Counted from the stretch's first letter, positions 1 through 11,469 are shown. The stretch is 64,000 nt of DNA from Macrostomum lignano (GCA_002269645.1 NIVC01000421.1:186001-250000), one strand, 5' to 3'. Notes: generated by a model from the sequence alone, not told the origin. Translations and numbers: made by a program.

Positions 1-144
1 TGCGGTGTTCGCCAGCACACCTTTGATTTCGTTTCAAATTGACTGTTTGATTAAATTCTTCTTTAAAAACAACAGCTTTGCTCTGCGTCTTTCATAGTCT
101 GCACTTTTTGCTTCTTCTGGCTGAACGATTTGTCTTCCGTAGAA

Positions 145-548
145 TGTGCGTCTGTCTGTGTCTGCCTTCCTGTCTGTGTGTGTCTGCCTTCCTGTCTGTG
201 TGTGTCTACCTTCCTGTCTGTGTGTGTCTGCCTTCCTGTCTGTGTGTGTCTGCCTTCCTGTCTGTGTGTGTCTGCCTTCCTGTCTGTGTGTGTCTGCCTT
301 CCTGTCTGTCTGTGTCTGCCTTCCTGTCTGTGTGTGTCTGCCTTCCTGTCTGTCTGTGTCTGCCTTCCTGTCTGTGTGTGTCTGCCTTCCTGTCTGTGTG
401 TGTCTGCCTTCCTGTCTGTGTGTGTCTGCCTTCCTGTCTGTCTGTGTCTGCCTTCCTGTCTGTCTCTGTCTGCCTTCCTGTCTGTCTGTGTCTGCCTTCC
501 TGTCTGTCTCTGTCTGCCTTCCTGTCTGTGTGTGTCTGCCTTCCTGTC
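145..548. repeat. 22-bp TG/TC-rich minisatellite (TGTCTGTGTGTGTCTGCCTTCC)n
   Basis: Direct tandem periodicity; explains the Cys/Val/Leu ORFs 78..602. Confidence 0.95.
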
Positions 549-1225
549 CTTCTTTTTGTCTGTCTTAGTATCTTAGTGTCTGTCTGTCTATCTGTCTTAT
601 AGTGTCTGTCTGTGTCTGTTTATCTGTCTATCTGTCTGTCCTGTTTTTAGCTGCCTGTCTTTTTCTGTATTTCTAATTTTTTTATTGTCTATGTTGTTAT
701 AAAACCTGAAGTAATTCAGCTTTGAAAAACCTTACGCTAATGAGCCATGGTCTCAGTAGTCATAATTGCTTACTGAAAATAGAATTTAGAAAGTTTCTTT
801 ATTTATCCGCATATAATCTGCAGCGCAGTGTTAATTAGCAAATAACAGCTTAACTTGTACATAGCGCGTTTATTTATCTAAGTTTTTTCAAGATTTCAAT
901 AAATCTTAAACTGTCTAAGTAAATTTTCAACGATTAAAACAAAAGCCCGCCGATTTGATTCGTGGATCGACAAACTGCGGGTTATTAATTGTAATAATTT
1001 TTTCAAACAGCTTCTAGACTTCCCATTGTCAATTCTTTGCCAAGCGTGCCGGTGAACAAAGGAATGAGCTTAAAAACATTTAATTTAAAACCCAAGTTCA
1101 TTGCTTCTACAACTTGAAGATTTTCATTTTTCCGGAAATTAATTTTTCTTGTCTTAATTTTGAACAGAAATGTGTTATTAAATATTAGATTCATGCGGAC
1201 AAAGTCACGCAGTGAAGACCTGCCG

Positions 1226-1275
1226 TCAGTCGATTTGGCGGCCACCGTCACACTCGCTGGCGGTGGTGCAAATCT
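1226..1275 (-). CDS. Vasopressin/oxytocin-type precursor, exon 3/3 (neurophysin C-terminus)
   Basis: Acceptor TTTCAG| at 1276, phase 1; encodes (E)ICTTASECDGGRQID*, matching the neurophysin ending CC..ESC.....C; stop TGA at 1228-1226. Confidence 0.9.
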
Positions 1276-1290
1276 CTGAAATTCAGTGAG

Positions 1291-1782
1291 TGTCAGTCAG
1301 TCAGTCAGTCAGTCAGTCAGTCAGTCAGTCAGTCAGTCAGTCAGTCAGTCAGTCAGTCAGTCAGTCAGTCAGTCAGTCAGTCAGTCAGTCAGTCAGTCAG
1401 TCAGTCAGTCAGTCAGTCAGTCAGTCAGTCAGTCAGTCAGTCAGTCAGTCAGTCAGTCAGTCAGTCAGTCAGTCAGTCAGTCAGTCAGTCAGTCAGTCAG
1501 TCAGTCAGTCAGTCAGTCAGTCAGTCAGTCAGTCAGTCAGTCAGTCAGACAGTCAGACAGTCAGACAGTCAGTCAGTCAGTCAGTCAGTCAGTCAGTCAG
1601 TCAGTCAGTCAGACAGTCAGTCAGTCAGTCAGTCAGTCAGTCAGTCAGTCAGTCAGTCAGTCAGACAGTCAGTCAGTCAGTCAGTCAGTCAGTCAGTCAG
1701 TCAGTCAGTCAGTCAGTCAGACAGTCAGACAGTCAGTCAGTCAGTCAGTCAGTCAGTCAGACAGTCAGTCAGTCAGTCAGTC
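1291..1782. repeat. (GTCA)n microsatellite filling neuropeptide intron 2
   Basis: Near-perfect tetranucleotide run with occasional GACA. Confidence 0.97.
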
Positions 1783-1791
1783 GCTACTCAC

Positions 1792-2034
1792 CGCCGACAC
1801 AGCAGACCCCAGGTGCGGCGCATTTGCCCCCAGCGTCGCCAAGGCAACCGTTGGCGGGGAGTCGCCTGCGGCAGGCGGCGGCCCTCCAGCTGGCGACGCC
1901 GCTGCAGTCGAAGCTGCCACCGGCGTTTCTTGGCTCGCTGCTGGCGGTCACGATGCAGCCGAAGCTGCCGCAGCAGAGACGCTCACCGAGACACACTCCG
2001 CTGAGGCCGGGGTCGCCACAGGGCACGCAGGGGT
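1792..2034 (-). CDS. Vasopressin/oxytocin-type precursor, exon 2/3 (neurophysin core)
   Basis: TTCTCAG| acceptor and G|GTGAGT donor, both phase 1; (D)[26 protein letters not shown]...[13 protein letters not shown] has the neurophysin Cys pattern. Confidence 0.93.
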
Positions 2035-2042
2035 CTGAGAAA

Positions 2043-2220
<178 letters not shown>

Positions 2221-2654
2221 AAATGGATGCAGTTCACAGCGGTTCACTTCTATTTACGAACTCCTTGCAGCGGGCTCAGGACACGCAGCTGTCTCTTTCA
2301 TTTCATCAAAGCCAGCAATCCGATCAGCTGCTCAGAGTCAGATAATTAAAGTACCCTTTTAAGGCATTCGAGCTCTGTAATTGCTGAATCATCAGTTTGT
2401 CATAAAAAAGGCAAGTTTAAAACTTTCCCTTTCAATTAAGTAAGGAAATTAATGCAGCGCTACATATGATAAATATAGTTTCCTTATATGGTCAGGTGGA
2501 GTCGCCTATGCCTTAATAATATACCTTCTGCAAGCAGCTTGTTAGCTGTATCTGAAAACCTCCCGCCTACTTCCATTCATTGGCGCTTCTATCAATTAGC
2601 ATGTAAAAACATCCATAACCAAAACTGCGCACAATCTTCTGTCTCTCGAACCGT

Positions 2655-2855
2655 CCTGACCCTACCTGTGCGCTGATTCGCTGATTAGCTGCTTCTAACT
2701 TCATGCCATTTCGTCTCCCTGACCCTATCTGTGCGCTGATTGGCTGCTTCTAACTTCATGCCATTTTGTCTCCCTGACCCTGTCTGTGCGCTGATTGGCT
2801 GCTTCCAAATTTATGCCATTTCCTCTCCCTGACCCTATCTGTGCGCTGATTGTCT
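2655..2855. repeat. About 55-bp tandem repeat, roughly 4 copies
   Basis: CCCTGACCCTATCTGTGCGCTGATTGGCTGCTTCTAACTTCATGCCATTT.. recurs at about 2655, 2718, 2773 and 2828. Confidence 0.85.
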
Positions 2856-2925
2856 ACTGGTAATGTTTTTATGATATTGTCTAACAGAAGCCACAATATT
2901 AATAAATACTTATTATTGCTCTCAC

Positions 2926-3040
2926 CGAATCCGCTTCGCTTTCCGCCTGGCGGGCAGTTGTTGATGAAGCAGAGCTCGGCGAGGCTACACAGGCTTAGCA
3001 GCAGTAGAAACGGCAGTACCTGAGCACTCTGACTCGTCAT
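2926..3040 (-). CDS. Vasopressin/oxytocin-type precursor, coding exon 1/3 (signal peptide + CFINNCPPG + GKR)
   Basis: MTSQSAQVLPFLLLLSLCSLAEL-CFINNCPPG-GKR-SGF, donor G|GTGAGA. Join of 3040..2926, 2034..1792 and 1275..1226 = 408 nt = 135 aa, with 14 neurophysin Cys. An in-frame upstream ATG exists at 3118. Confidence 0.93.
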
Positions 3041-3536
3041 TGTTAAACAGTTTTTTCTTCTGCAGCCGAGAATCGAACTTTGCAGAGTGTCTGTTTGATC
3101 AAAGAGTAATTTAGCCATTTTTAGCCTGTAATCTATGCAATTAGAGAGACCATCATTATTGTTTCAGAGAACGTAATTGGTTAATTTAAAGCTGCCCTTA
3201 GAGAGTTGAATTTTAATAATTGCTTTTGACTACAGAGATGAATTTTGCGATGGATGGGTTTTGAAAGGGTTTGGTAATAAAGGGTTTGATTTTAGGGTTT
3301 GGTAATTAAATTTTTTAGGGGAGAGAATTGGGAACAGGCCATCATGGGAGTAGCAGGGAGAAACTGAGTGAGAGAGTGGGAGAGAGGCTAGGGAGAATGA
3401 GAGAGGGAGAGGGATGGGAGTGAGAGAAAGGTAGAGTGTAAGAGATTGAGAGTTTTTGAGAGGGAGGGAGATAGAGGGGGAGAAAGAGAGTGTGGGAGAG
3501 AGGGGGGGGTAGAAATAGTAATGTATTTTATTAAAG

Positions 3537-3575
3537 TTGCCGATATTTCGAGTTAGGTTACTATACGTCAGGCAA
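3537..3575 (-). ncRNA. Degenerate minimal type-I hammerhead ribozyme motif (copy A)
   Basis: Minus strand UUGC-CUGACGU-A-UAGU[AACCUA]ACUC-GAA-AUAU-C-GGCAA; A9 and stem II are mutated; lies exactly 240 nt from copy B. Confidence 0.5.
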
Positions 3576-3778
3576 TAAGTCTTCTTTACTCTTCTCAGGA
3601 GAGAGAGAGAAGGGGAGAGAGAGAGGGGGGGAGAGAGAGAGAAGGGGAGAGAGAGAGAGAAGGGGAGAGAGAGAGAGAAGGGGAGAGAGAGAGAAGGGGA
3701 GAGAGAGGGAGGAGGGCACCTCCAATCTCAGGCACTGACACGGTAGAAAGGACTGAAGAAATTCAATTTAGTTGAATT

Positions 3779-3815
3779 GCCGATATTTCGAATTAGGTAA
3801 ACTCTTCGTCAGGGC
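3779..3815 (-). ncRNA. Minimal type-I hammerhead ribozyme motif (copy B)
   Basis: Minus strand GCC-CUGACGA-A-GAGU[UUACCUA]AUUC-GAA-AUAU-C-GGC: intact core, 4-bp stem II, palindromic stem III, 3-bp stem I; predicted cleavage after 3782. Confidence 0.62.
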
Positions 3816-4970
3816 TGTAAGCGAGTAAGCGAGAGGTGGGAGAGAGGTAGAGTAAGAGAGGGAGAGAGTGAGAGTAAGAGATGGGAAGAGTGAGAGTGAG
3901 AGAGGGAGAGAGTGAGAGTAAGAGATGGGAAGAGTGAGAGTTAGAGAGGGAGAGAGTGAGAGTAAGAGATGGGAAGAGTGATAGTGAGAGAGAAAGGCCG
4001 GAAGTGAAAGAGACAGAAGAAGGTGGAGTGAAAGCATGACCAGATAAATACCCTCTGCAGAAAAACAGTGAGCAAACAAATCGCAATGTTCACCTATTTA
4101 CTGTCCACTTCTGCCGCTGTTCTTAAATTTAAAAAAAAGTTTTTTGTGGATTTTTTCTTCAACCTCTTTCAAATCTTGATAGCTTTTGTTATTACTGACA
4201 GCGAAATCGGCCGCAACCATCTCGGCAACTTTTTTATATGCCCTGAAGGGAAGAGGAGGATGAAGAGCCATGCAGCGTCCCGGATTCGACTGCCAATAAA
4301 ACTGCTCAGTGGGACTCAAAGCCAATAAGGGGATTTCACAGTCAAAAGGGATCTAGCTATAGGTCTCGTTTAATATCGAACCTCGCTGTGACTGTCTGTG
4401 ACAGCAACATGATTCACAAGCTAGCGACTAACTCATCCGTCATTCATTGGCGCAATCTGCATAAACAGAAACTGTTTTGCATTGCAGGAAAAACAGCAGC
4501 CTGCCTTTCCGAGCAACTCTGTCATTAAGTGGCAATAAAAGCAGTGCATTCTGGGTCTCTCTATCTGTCCAATTCTTTCAAGTTGCAATAACGATATGGA
4601 AGACGTTTTGAGGAGTGCCATACATTTTTGTGTGCCTCTGTCACGAAAAGGCCTTTTTTAATGCACGCAGCTGTTCTGCGGCAAAAACTGACACAATGGG
4701 GCCCATCGAACACATAATTCGACGTCTTCCAACTCTAACCCCTTGCCCTCTCCAACTGGGTCTTTAGACTGCAGGGAGTATTTACACAGAGAAGCCGAGC
4801 TCCACTGCTTTCATTGTGTATCTGTTTCGCCTATAACAATAAGAAACTTATTAATTAAGTAGCTAACGACAAATATCTACGCAGTCGTGAGGCGTGCGTT
4901 TCCGAAGCAGAGAGCAGTTCAAAGCTTCGCGTCTAGCTCTCGATCCCCTCTAAAGGAGCAACCAGCGGCC

Positions 4971-5298
4971 ATGTCGCAGCTGAATGGTGCTGACAGAATT
5001 GACGCGGTTTATCTTGGCTGGCTGCCGATCGACGCCGAAGCTCCAGCTCTGGCGGCACTCGACGAGCTGCTCAATCAACGATTGGCGATCAACCGATCAG
5101 CTGCTGGAAGACTTCGCAGGCACCAACTGCAGATTGCGACCGGCATAGAAGGCAGCGGCGGCTGTCTGCGAATGTCCGAGTTCAGCAACTCTGACCCTAA
5201 TGGCGGGCAGCAACGCCAAGTTTTGGTTCCGTTTGCCGATATCGACTGGGTTGGAATTCATCCGAGAGATTCCATGACGTTCGGGATTGTGCTTAACG
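4971..5298 (+). CDS. PTB (phosphotyrosine-interaction)-domain protein, exon 1/3
   Basis: MSQLNGADRIDAVYLGWLPID...VPFADIDWVGIHPRDSMTFGIVLN shows the PTB YLG and FG motifs; donor G|GTGAGG, phase 1. Confidence 0.75.
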
Positions 5299-5462
5299 GT
5301 GAGGACAGGAGCTGACTACTGTTCTGTGCTGGTTTTAGATTGTCCTGAGTTTGACAACTCGACAGCTTTCTTGAACGGAGGTGTTGTGCTATTCACATTA
5401 TCAAGGTTGTTTTTTGGGTCGGAGCTCTGACTTCTCGAGGTTTAAGATCAATGTCAATGTCC

Positions 5463-6235
5463 TTACCTCAAGGTCATTTGGAAAGTGTGATCTCTCTATC
5501 CTCAAGGCCATTCAAAAACGGCTATTTCCATAACCCTCAAGGTCATTTGGAAAGTGTGGTCTCTCTATCCTCAAGGCCATTCAAAAACGGCTATTTCCAT
5601 AACCCACAAGGTCATTTGGAAAGTGTGATCTCTCTATCCTCAAGGCCATTCAAAAACGGCTATTTCCATAACCCACAAGGTCATTTGGAAAGTGTGATCT
5701 CTCTATCCTCAAGGCCATTCAAAAACGGCTATTTCCATAACCCTCAAGGTCATTTGGAAAGTGTGGTCTCTCTATCCTCAAGGCCATTCAAAAACGGCTA
5801 TTTCCATAACCCACAAGGTCATTTGGAAAGTGTGATCTCTCTATCCTCAAGGCCATTCAAAAACGGCTATTTCCATAACCCACAAGGTCATTTGGAAAGT
5901 GTGATCTCTCTATCCTCAAGGCCATTCAAAAACGGCTATTTCCATAACCCACAAGGTCATTTGGAAAGTGTGATCTCTCTATCCTCAAGGCCATTCAAAA
6001 ACGGCTATTTCCATAACCCACAAGGTCATTTGGAAAGTGTGATCTCTCTATCCTCAAGGCCATTCAAAAACGGCTATTTCCATAACCCTCAAGGTCATTT
6101 GGACAGTGTGGTCTCTCTATCCTCAAGGCCATTCAAAAATGGCAATTTCCATAACCCACAAGGTCATTTGGACAGTGTGGTCTCTCTATCCTCAAGTCCA
6201 TTCACAGTTTCAATAACCTCAAGGTCATTGTTGAG
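5463..6235. repeat. 69-bp minisatellite, about 11 copies, in PTB intron 1
   Basis: Unit CCTCAAGGTCATTTGGAAAGTGTGATCTCTCTATCCTCAAGGCCATTCAAAAACGGCTATTTCCATAAC; period 5532 to 5601 = 69. Confidence 0.95.
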
Positions 6236-6341
6236 TGGTAATTTAAGTCAACAGACCAGGACTTGGTTTCGGTAAAATGACTGTTTTGACTTGTTTAAAT
6301 CGGACCAATAGCTTTTCTAAATTCAAATTTAACCAACCCAG

Positions 6342-6618
6342 GCTACAACGAAGACTCCAACAGTTTCATGCACGTGCACGCCTGGCAGAGCCTCACTGGA
6401 GGTGCCGGAAACTTTGCTGCCAGTTTAGCAGCAGCAGCCGACGCAGTCGAGGCGCAGCAGACACAGCAGCAGCAGCAGAAGCCGCAACCGAATTTCCAGA
6501 AAAAGCCGAGTCACAGTCAGCAGCGGCAGTCAATGCCAGTTCAGGATAAATTCTGTCTGCACAAGCACGCAGCTGAGAATGGTGGCGCAAAAATTGAGAG
6601 CAGCCAGCACTCGGATAG
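6342..6618 (+). CDS. PTB-domain protein, exon 2/3
   Basis: CCCAG| acceptor phase 1 gives (G)YNEDSNSFMHVHAWQSLTGGAGNFAASL, completing the PTB final strand and helix; donor AG|GTGAGT, phase 2. Confidence 0.75.
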
Positions 6619-6739
6619 GTGAGTCTTTGGAAACTCCGAATCCAACTCACGTTCTTTCGTGAGCCTGTCTCAACCGCTAAGCTATAGGACCTAGGCAATA
6701 AACAGTCAACGATAAAGGCCTGCTAATTGAGTTTTCAAG

Positions 6740-7325
6740 AACAACCAATAAACCAGTAAACAAACAACAAACAAACCAGTAAATAAACAACCAATAAACC
6801 ATGTAAACAAACAACCAATAAACCAGTAAATAAACAACCAATAAACCATGTAAACAAACAACCAATAAACCAGTAAATAAACAACCAATAAACCATGTAA
6901 ACAAATAACCAACAAACCAGTAAATAAACAACCAATAAACCATGTAAATAAACAGCCAACAAACTAGTTAATAAACAACTAATAAACCATTAAATAAACA
7001 AGCAACAGACTAGTAAATAAACAACTAATAAACCAGTAAATAAACAAGCAACAAACCAGTAAATAAACAACCAATAAACCATGTAAACTAAACAACCAAC
7101 AAACTAGTTAATAAACAACTAATAAACCATTAAATAAACAAGCAACAGACTAGTAAATAAACAACTAATAAACCAGTAAATAAACAAGCAACAAACCAGT
7201 AAATAAACAACTAATAAACCAGTAAATAAACAAGCAACAAACCAGTAAATAAACAACTAATAAACCAGTAAATAAACAAGCAACAAACCAGTAAGTAAAC
7301 AACCAATAAACAATAAACAAACAAC
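6740..7325. repeat. 23-bp A/C-rich minisatellite (AAACAACCAATAAACCAGTAAAT)n
   Basis: Direct periodicity, degenerating rightward. Confidence 0.9.
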
Positions 7326-7430
7326 CAAAGAGCTAAACAAAAAAGTAACCTAGAAAACAAACACACAAATTAAACTAAAATGTACTTAAATAACACACGT
7401 CCTAGAAAACAAAACATTTTTTTACCCCAG

Positions 7431-7872
7431 CAGCACCCAGCCGGCGCCGAACCTGGGCTCCCTGGCGCACTCTCTCGCCCACGAGCTGCAAAACCGTTTG
7501 GATGCTGGCGGCAGCGGTGGAGCGCCGTTGCTGCACCCGCCCAGAGACTACGACACCCTACGCCGGAGCCACGGCAACCCGCGGCACTGGCGCGCCGATC
7601 TGTCCAACCTATCCAGAAGTAGCCAGGCGCCAAATGGCGCCTACATTCGGCGCCAATCCGTGGTCCAACTGTCAGAATCGGCGCCAACAAAAGCCGACCA
7701 AGAAGAGCCGGCGCCAGATTACGACTACGACTACGACGAGAATGACGACGAAGACTACCGACATCTTGACTACGCCGAGTCGGAATTTGAGCGACAGAAG
7801 CGTCTCAGTGACGGCGGCGGCAGCGGATCAACCAGAGCAACGACGGGCGATGTCTGGGCTTGGCGGAGCTGA
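7431..7872 (+). CDS. PTB-domain protein, exon 3/3
   Basis: TTTTTACCCCAG| acceptor phase 2; ...HELQNRLDAGG..LLHPPRDYDTLRRSHGN..acidic DYDYDY..WAWRS*; joined CDS 1047 nt = 348 aa. Confidence 0.72.
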
Positions 7873-8097
7873 CTCTGATGATTGCTTGGAATTTCAATTT
7901 CCTATCGATCTGCATCAAGTCAAGTCAAACTGTCAGAATTGATTCTAGGAAATGATCAGAAATTGTGATTGCTTGCATGATTTCCGGAGCAGTATAGAAT
8001 TAGAAACATGTCAGGGATCAACAATGCACTTTTTGGGGTCTAATTCGTACTGCATGTAAATAACATTCTTAGTCAGACGTCTAAGTCTTACCTGATC

Positions 8098-8253
8098 CAG
8101 GCGTCGGCAACCTCCGGCCCCTGAAGCCTCCCATTTATCACTTTACTCGCTTCTCTACGAGCGTATTCCCTCTTCGCTCTCACACCTCCTCTGGCCCACA
8201 GTCTTGCACCACGGTTTCTCTATCTGGCCTCTCGGGTAAAAGTTGCCGACCAG
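8098..8253. mobile_element. Short MITE-like element with imperfect TIRs
   Basis: CAGGCGTCGGCAAC ... GTTGCCGACCAG inverted ends; no clear TSD. Confidence 0.5.
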
Positions 8254-8286
8254 ACTTTTAAAACTTTTTTGGATAATTGGTTTATA

Positions 8287-8548
8287 TATACATGCATAAA
8301 TACGGCCGGCTGCAGAGGTCCGCCCAGCCAAGGTAAGTCGCAAAAATGCCCACCCAAAAATACAGACGTAGTACCAATTAGATGCCGAGGCACTTGGCCT
8401 AAATGATACAGTTATAGTTACTCCTGCCGTTTACCCAAAATTATGTTTAATTTCTGTTTAGGTTTCTTTCATAGGTGAGTCGCATTTTTGGTCAAGAAGT
8501 AAGACACACGGCCGGTGTAATTCAGGGGAGGGGAGTTGCGCATGTATG
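8287..8548 (+). mobile_element. About 250-bp MITE-like family, copy 1
   Basis: Collinear with 13924-14166 (GGTAAGTCGCAAAAATGCC..CCAAAA..ATAGTTACTCCTG..TCGCATTTT.GGTCAA..CACGGCC.GTGTAA); right end GTTGCGCATGTATG is the reverse complement of the copy-2 left end. Confidence 0.7.
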
Positions 8549-8914
8549 ATACATGTAATAAATACCTAAATTAGTCCTTATCTTAAGGGCTTACTTTTAA
8601 AATGACTTACATTCTCTTATTGTTAACCTGATTCTTTGTTTCTCAGGGACTCTTTAGGGGTAACAGCTGCGATTTTCTGTTCTCCATTCCAGATTTTCTA
8701 TCGCTGTCATTATTTTTGCGATGTCATTATTAAGGAAGCTGCAAAAGTATACTGAATTTGGACAAAACTGTCAATTATATTATTCAACTATCACATCACA
8801 TATTTGGTTGCTGCTGAAGTGTAAATACTTTTTTAAGTAGCAGCAACCGTTATTTTGTTCATTATTTGTCTTTGTAGATATCCAACAGAAATTGACTTGA
8901 GATAAGCGGGGGAA

Positions 8915-9912
8915 GAGAGGGAGAGTGGGGACAGACGGGTTAGAGAGAAAGGAGAGGGGAGAGAGAGGAGGGAGATGGGGAGAGCGGAGAGAAGGGGAAA
9001 GGAGAGAGGGAGAGAAGGGAGAGAGGAGAGGGGAGAAAAGGGAGAGAGGAGAGGGGAGAGAAGGGAGGAGAGGGGAGAGAAGGGAGAAGAGAGGGGAGAA
9101 GAGAGGAGGGGAGAGAAGGGAGAGAGTAGAGGGTAGATGCGAGAGGAGAGGGTAGATGCGAGAGGAGAGGGTAGATGCGAGAGTAGAGGGTAGATGCGAG
9201 AGGAGAGGGTAGATGCGAGAGTAGAGGGTAGATGCGAGAGGAGAGGGTAGATGCGAGAGGAGAGGGTAGATGCGAGAGTAGAGGGTAGATGCGAGAGGAG
9301 AGGGTAGATGCGAGAGGAGAGGGTAGATGCGAGAGGAGAGGGTAGATGCGAGAGGAGAGGGTAGATGCGAGAGTAGAGGGTAGATGCGAGAGTAGAGGGT
9401 AGATGCGAGAGGAGAGGGTAGATGCGAGAGGAGAGGGTAGATGCGAGAGGAGAGGGTAGATGTGAGAGGAGAGGGTAGATGTGAGAGGAGAGGGTAGATG
9501 CGAGAGGAGAGGGTAGATGCGAGAGGAGAGGGTAGATGTGAGAGGAGAGGGTAGATGCGAGAGGAGAGGGTAGATGCGAGAGTAGAGGGTAGATGCGAGA
9601 GGAGAGGGTAGATGCGAGAGGAGAGGGTAGATGCGAGAGGAGAGGGTAGATGCGAGAGGAGAGGGTAGATGCGAGAGTAGAGGGTAGATGCGAGAGTAGA
9701 GGGTAGATGCGAGAGGAGAGGGTAGATGCGAGAGGAGAGGGTAGATGCGAGAGGAGAGGGTAGATGTGAGAGGAGAGGGTAGATGTGAGAGGAGAGGGTA
9801 GATGTGAGAGGAGAGGGTAGATGCGAGAGGAGAGGGTAGATGCGAGAGGAGAGGGTAGATGTGAGAGGAGAGGGTAGATGCGAGAGTAGAGGGTAGATGC
9901 GAGAGGAGAGAG
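8915..9912. repeat. GA-rich tract grading into a 19-bp minisatellite (GAGGGTAGATGCGAGAGGA)n
   Basis: Direct; explains ORF 8833..9975. Confidence 0.95.
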
Positions 9913-10562
9913 AGACAAAACGTGAATATTCTCAGCGATCCGACTAAAAAAACAATTTAAACTACAGCTAACCATAGCAATTTTGGTTACTGTTGAAATG
10001 AATCAATAAAGTAGGTTTTAAAAAAATCACAGGCGGCTAGAGTTATTTATGAGTATTTGTTTATCTTAATTCCTGAAATTAGAAAAATAACAACCCTTAT
10101 TTATTGATGTCCGATTCACAATAAAAATAGCGCAGTCAATCCGATTATAATGTTAAAGAATTACCTTAAATGAATACAATTAATTACTGATTAATGCTTT
10201 CAGTGTAAATTATTACAGAATAGAAGTCTTCAAAACGACAAATTATTAAGGAAACAGATAAATTCAACTCTATTAGACAAAAAAATAAAATTTATTTAAT
10301 CGATTTTAGGATGAAAAAAATGCGAATTTAGTACTCAAACTTTCTCGCGCAGTAGTATCTCTGCACATTTAATAGAAGTAAGGAGAAAAACTTTAATACA
10401 TTTCTACGCGATCACTAATTACGGAATAATCAAATTACACAACACCAACAATTACGAGCGTTCATTTCAGCGACCGATTCGACTGGCCGATGTAAATAAA
10501 GCAACTCTCGGTGCTACTTTACTGTAAGTAGTATGCAGTAGAGTAAATAAGTAGTTATTTTA

Positions 10563-10905
10563 ACAGAGAGATTTGAGGGCGATTATTTTAAAAGAGAGAT
10601 TTGAGGGCGATTATTTCAACAGAGATTTGAGGGCGATTTTTTTTAAAGAGAGATTTGAGGGCGATTAATTTAACAGAGAGATTTGAGGGCGATTATTTCA
10701 ATAGAGAGATTTGAGGGCGATTATTTCAATAAAGAGATTTGAGGGCGATTATTTCAATAAAGAGATTTGAGGGCGATTATTTTAACAGAGAGATTTGAGG
10801 GCGATTATTTCAACAGAGAGATTTGAGGGCGATTATTTCAACAGAGAGATTTGAGGGCGATTATTTCAACAGAGAGATTTGAGGGCGATTATTTAAAAGA
10901 TATTT
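10563..10905. repeat. About 27-bp minisatellite (AGAGAGATTTGAGGGCGATTATTTCAAC-type)
   Basis: About 12 copies; the core resembles the arrays at 52 kb and 59 kb. Confidence 0.92.
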
Positions 10906-11116
10906 AGGGTAGCCATCAAACCTTATATGTCAGCTGGTTGAGGATTTTAATTAAATTAGGGTGATTATTTCAGAAAGACAGTTGAAATACTACTACTGTA
11001 ATAAGAAATAATCAGTAGTAAGTTTGCATGGAAGTAGCAGAGAGAAGTTTAATTGACTTTATTAGTTGAAAGCTCTCCAAGTTGAATTAGACAAGCCAGT
11101 TAAATTGTTCATTGAG

Positions 11117-11419
11117 TCAGGAGGAGGCGGCGCAGCCGCTGTGGTTCTCCTTATTGCCCAGACCCAGCTGCTCCGCCGAGGTATCCGAAGCTCCTCCCGC
11201 CGCCGCCGACGCACCCGACGAAGTCGACAAGTTGCTGAAGGTCAGTCGAAGAGCGCCGGACGCTGTCACAGTCGGATTAGCGGCACCGCTGGCTACAGGC
11301 AAATCTTCAGTTGGTTCGCCACGACGGCGCCAGATGGCGGAGCGCCAGGCAACTTGAAGGAGACGGTCGCCACCATCTGGTGCAGACCACTCGGCCGGGT
11401 GGCGGTCAGACAGGTGGTC
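11117..11419 (-). CDS. ZNF800: ZNF800-like zinc-finger protein, exon 5/5
   Basis: GTGCAG| phase 0; DHLSDRHP completes the finger begun in exon 4; stop at 11117. Confidence 0.72.
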   Translation of the reverse strand, partial: DHLSDRHPAEWSAPDGGDRLLQVAWRSAIWRRRGEPTEDLPVASGAANPTVTASGALRLTFSNLSTSSGASAAAGGASDTSAEQLGLGNKENHSGCAASS

Positions 11420-11469
11420 CTGCACGGGGCAATTAGACTAACTGCAACTGCTGTTTTAAACAACTCTAT

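Larger units (their letters stand above)
3340..4025. repeat. GA-rich low-complexity DNA surrounding two hammerhead-like motifs
   Basis: Purine-rich runs at about 3340-3510, 3600-3715 and 3830-4025. Confidence 0.85.

Noticed and set aside
78-602. Cys/Val/Leu-rich ORFs in three frames
   Set aside because: Translations of a 22-bp satellite with no stop codons.
8287-8548. Possible spliced-leader RNA gene (GGTAAGT donor plus T-rich Sm-like site)
   Set aside because: No leader ending in ATG before the donor; the inverted termini and second dispersed copy fit a MITE better.
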